Source: Coriobacteriales bacterium (GTDB taxonomy: Bacteria > Actinomycetota > Coriobacteriia > Coriobacteriales > RUG844). From it: DNA of 13,904 bases. Below, one piece after another: positions 13,478 to 13,904 of the stretch. The position numbers and the translations under genes were made by a program. The stretch spans positions 1-13,904 of the forward strand of contig JAFRFV010000266.1 in assembly GCA_017434185.1 (NCBI GenBank), written 5' to 3'. The notes beneath the pieces were generated by a model. That model saw nothing but the letters and a program-made list of their open reading frames with translations, searched no databases and had not been told where the DNA came from. How positions within the stretch are numbered: the first letter of the stretch is position 1; each line of letters starts with the position of its first letter.

Positions 13478-13904
13478 ATGAGAGTACACGAGTTGGCCAA
13501 GGAGTTCGGCCTCACGAGCAAGGAGATGCTGGAGCGTCTTGAGCAGATGAAGATCCCTGCCAGGAACCATGCCAGCACGCTCAACGATGCATACGTGGCC
13601 AAGATCCGCAAGGCCATGAAGCCCGAGATGGAGGCACGCGCCAAGGCCGAGGCGGCTGCCAAGGCCCAGGCTGCGGAGAAGGCCGCCGAGGAGGAGGCTG
13701 CCCGCATCGCCGCGGAGGAGGCTGCCCGCAAGGCCGCCGAGGAAGCGGAGCGCGCCCGTCGCGCCGCCGAGGAAGCCGCCCGTCGTGCCGCCGAGGAAGC
13801 GGAGCGCAAGCGCCGTGAGGCCGAGCGTGCCGCACGTGCGGAGGAGGAGCGCCGTGAGGCCGAGCGCAAGGCCGCCGAGGAAGCCGCCCGCAAGGAGGCC
13901 GAGC
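13478..13904 (+). CDS. infB: Translation initiation factor IF-2, N-terminal part (3'-truncated by window end)
   Basis: MRVHELAKEFGLTSKEMLERLEQMKIPARNHASTLNDAYVAKIRKAM matches the conserved IF-2 N-terminal domain. It is followed by the Ala/Glu/Arg-rich repeat region typical of IF-2. The frame stays open to the window end. The ATG 13478 versus GTG 13475 start is uncertain, and no close RBS is visible. Confidence 0.85.
   Translation, partial: MRVHELAKEFGLTSKEMLERLEQMKIPARNHASTLNDAYVAKIRKAMKPEMEARAKAEAAAKAQAAEKAAEEEAARIAAEEAARKAAEEAERARRAAEEAARRAAEEAERKRREAERAARAEEERREAERKAAEEAARKEAE
13640..13904 (+). repeat. Imperfect tandem repeats (gccgccgaggaagc[ggag]cgc...) encoding (AEEAARxAAEEAERxRR)n in IF-2
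   Basis: The nucleotide-level periodicity is visible. It generates the spurious antisense ORF 13399-13893. Confidence 0.7.

Noticed and set aside
11894-13570. 558-aa minus-strand ORF antisense to nusA/ylxR
   Set aside because: Same explanation: an antisense open frame in high-GC coding DNA. The + strand genes have clear domain signatures (S1, KH, YlxR).
13399-13893. 164-aa minus-strand ORF (SSAARRAASSAA...) and the 84-aa ORF at 13581-13835
   Set aside because: They are the reverse-complement and frame-shifted readings of the IF-2 (AEEAAR)n repeat region. The periodic repeat keeps all frames open.
1-13904. CRISPR arrays, IS elements/transposases, integrases
   Set aside because: There are no regularly spaced direct repeats and no transposase- or integrase-like ORF in any frame. 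The only repeats are intragenic low-complexity tracts.

Overview
This is a high-G+C (roughly 60-65%) bacterial chromosomal window with strong third-position GC bias, suggesting an actinobacterial-type genome; that taxonomic guess is inference only. On the + strand it carries the distal end of a cell-division cluster: a flotillin/SPFH protein, sepF, proC, yggT, divIVA and yggU (DUF167). A short, visibly lower-G+C islet follows, about 4750-6640, all on the - strand. It holds a MerR-family regulator with a GyrI-like effector domain, a very strong AT-rich intrinsic terminator, an intact long-form HigA antitoxin, and a frameshifted remnant of the higB toxin gene. After the islet come a low-complexity single-pass membrane protein, leuS, a Trp-rich hypothetical protein (possibly DUF2804), and the rimP-nusA-ylxR-infB operon, with infB truncated by the window edge. 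I found no tRNA, rRNA, CRISPR array or transposase. The many alternate-frame and antisense ORFs in the track, including the 1194-aa ORF antisense to leuS, are high-GC artefacts. The most interesting material is the decayed higB / orphan extended higA pair inside the AT-rich islet, the non-coding segment bounded by the MerR promoter and a perfect 14-bp terminator, and the acidic/aromatic repeat membrane protein apparently co-transcribed with leuS.
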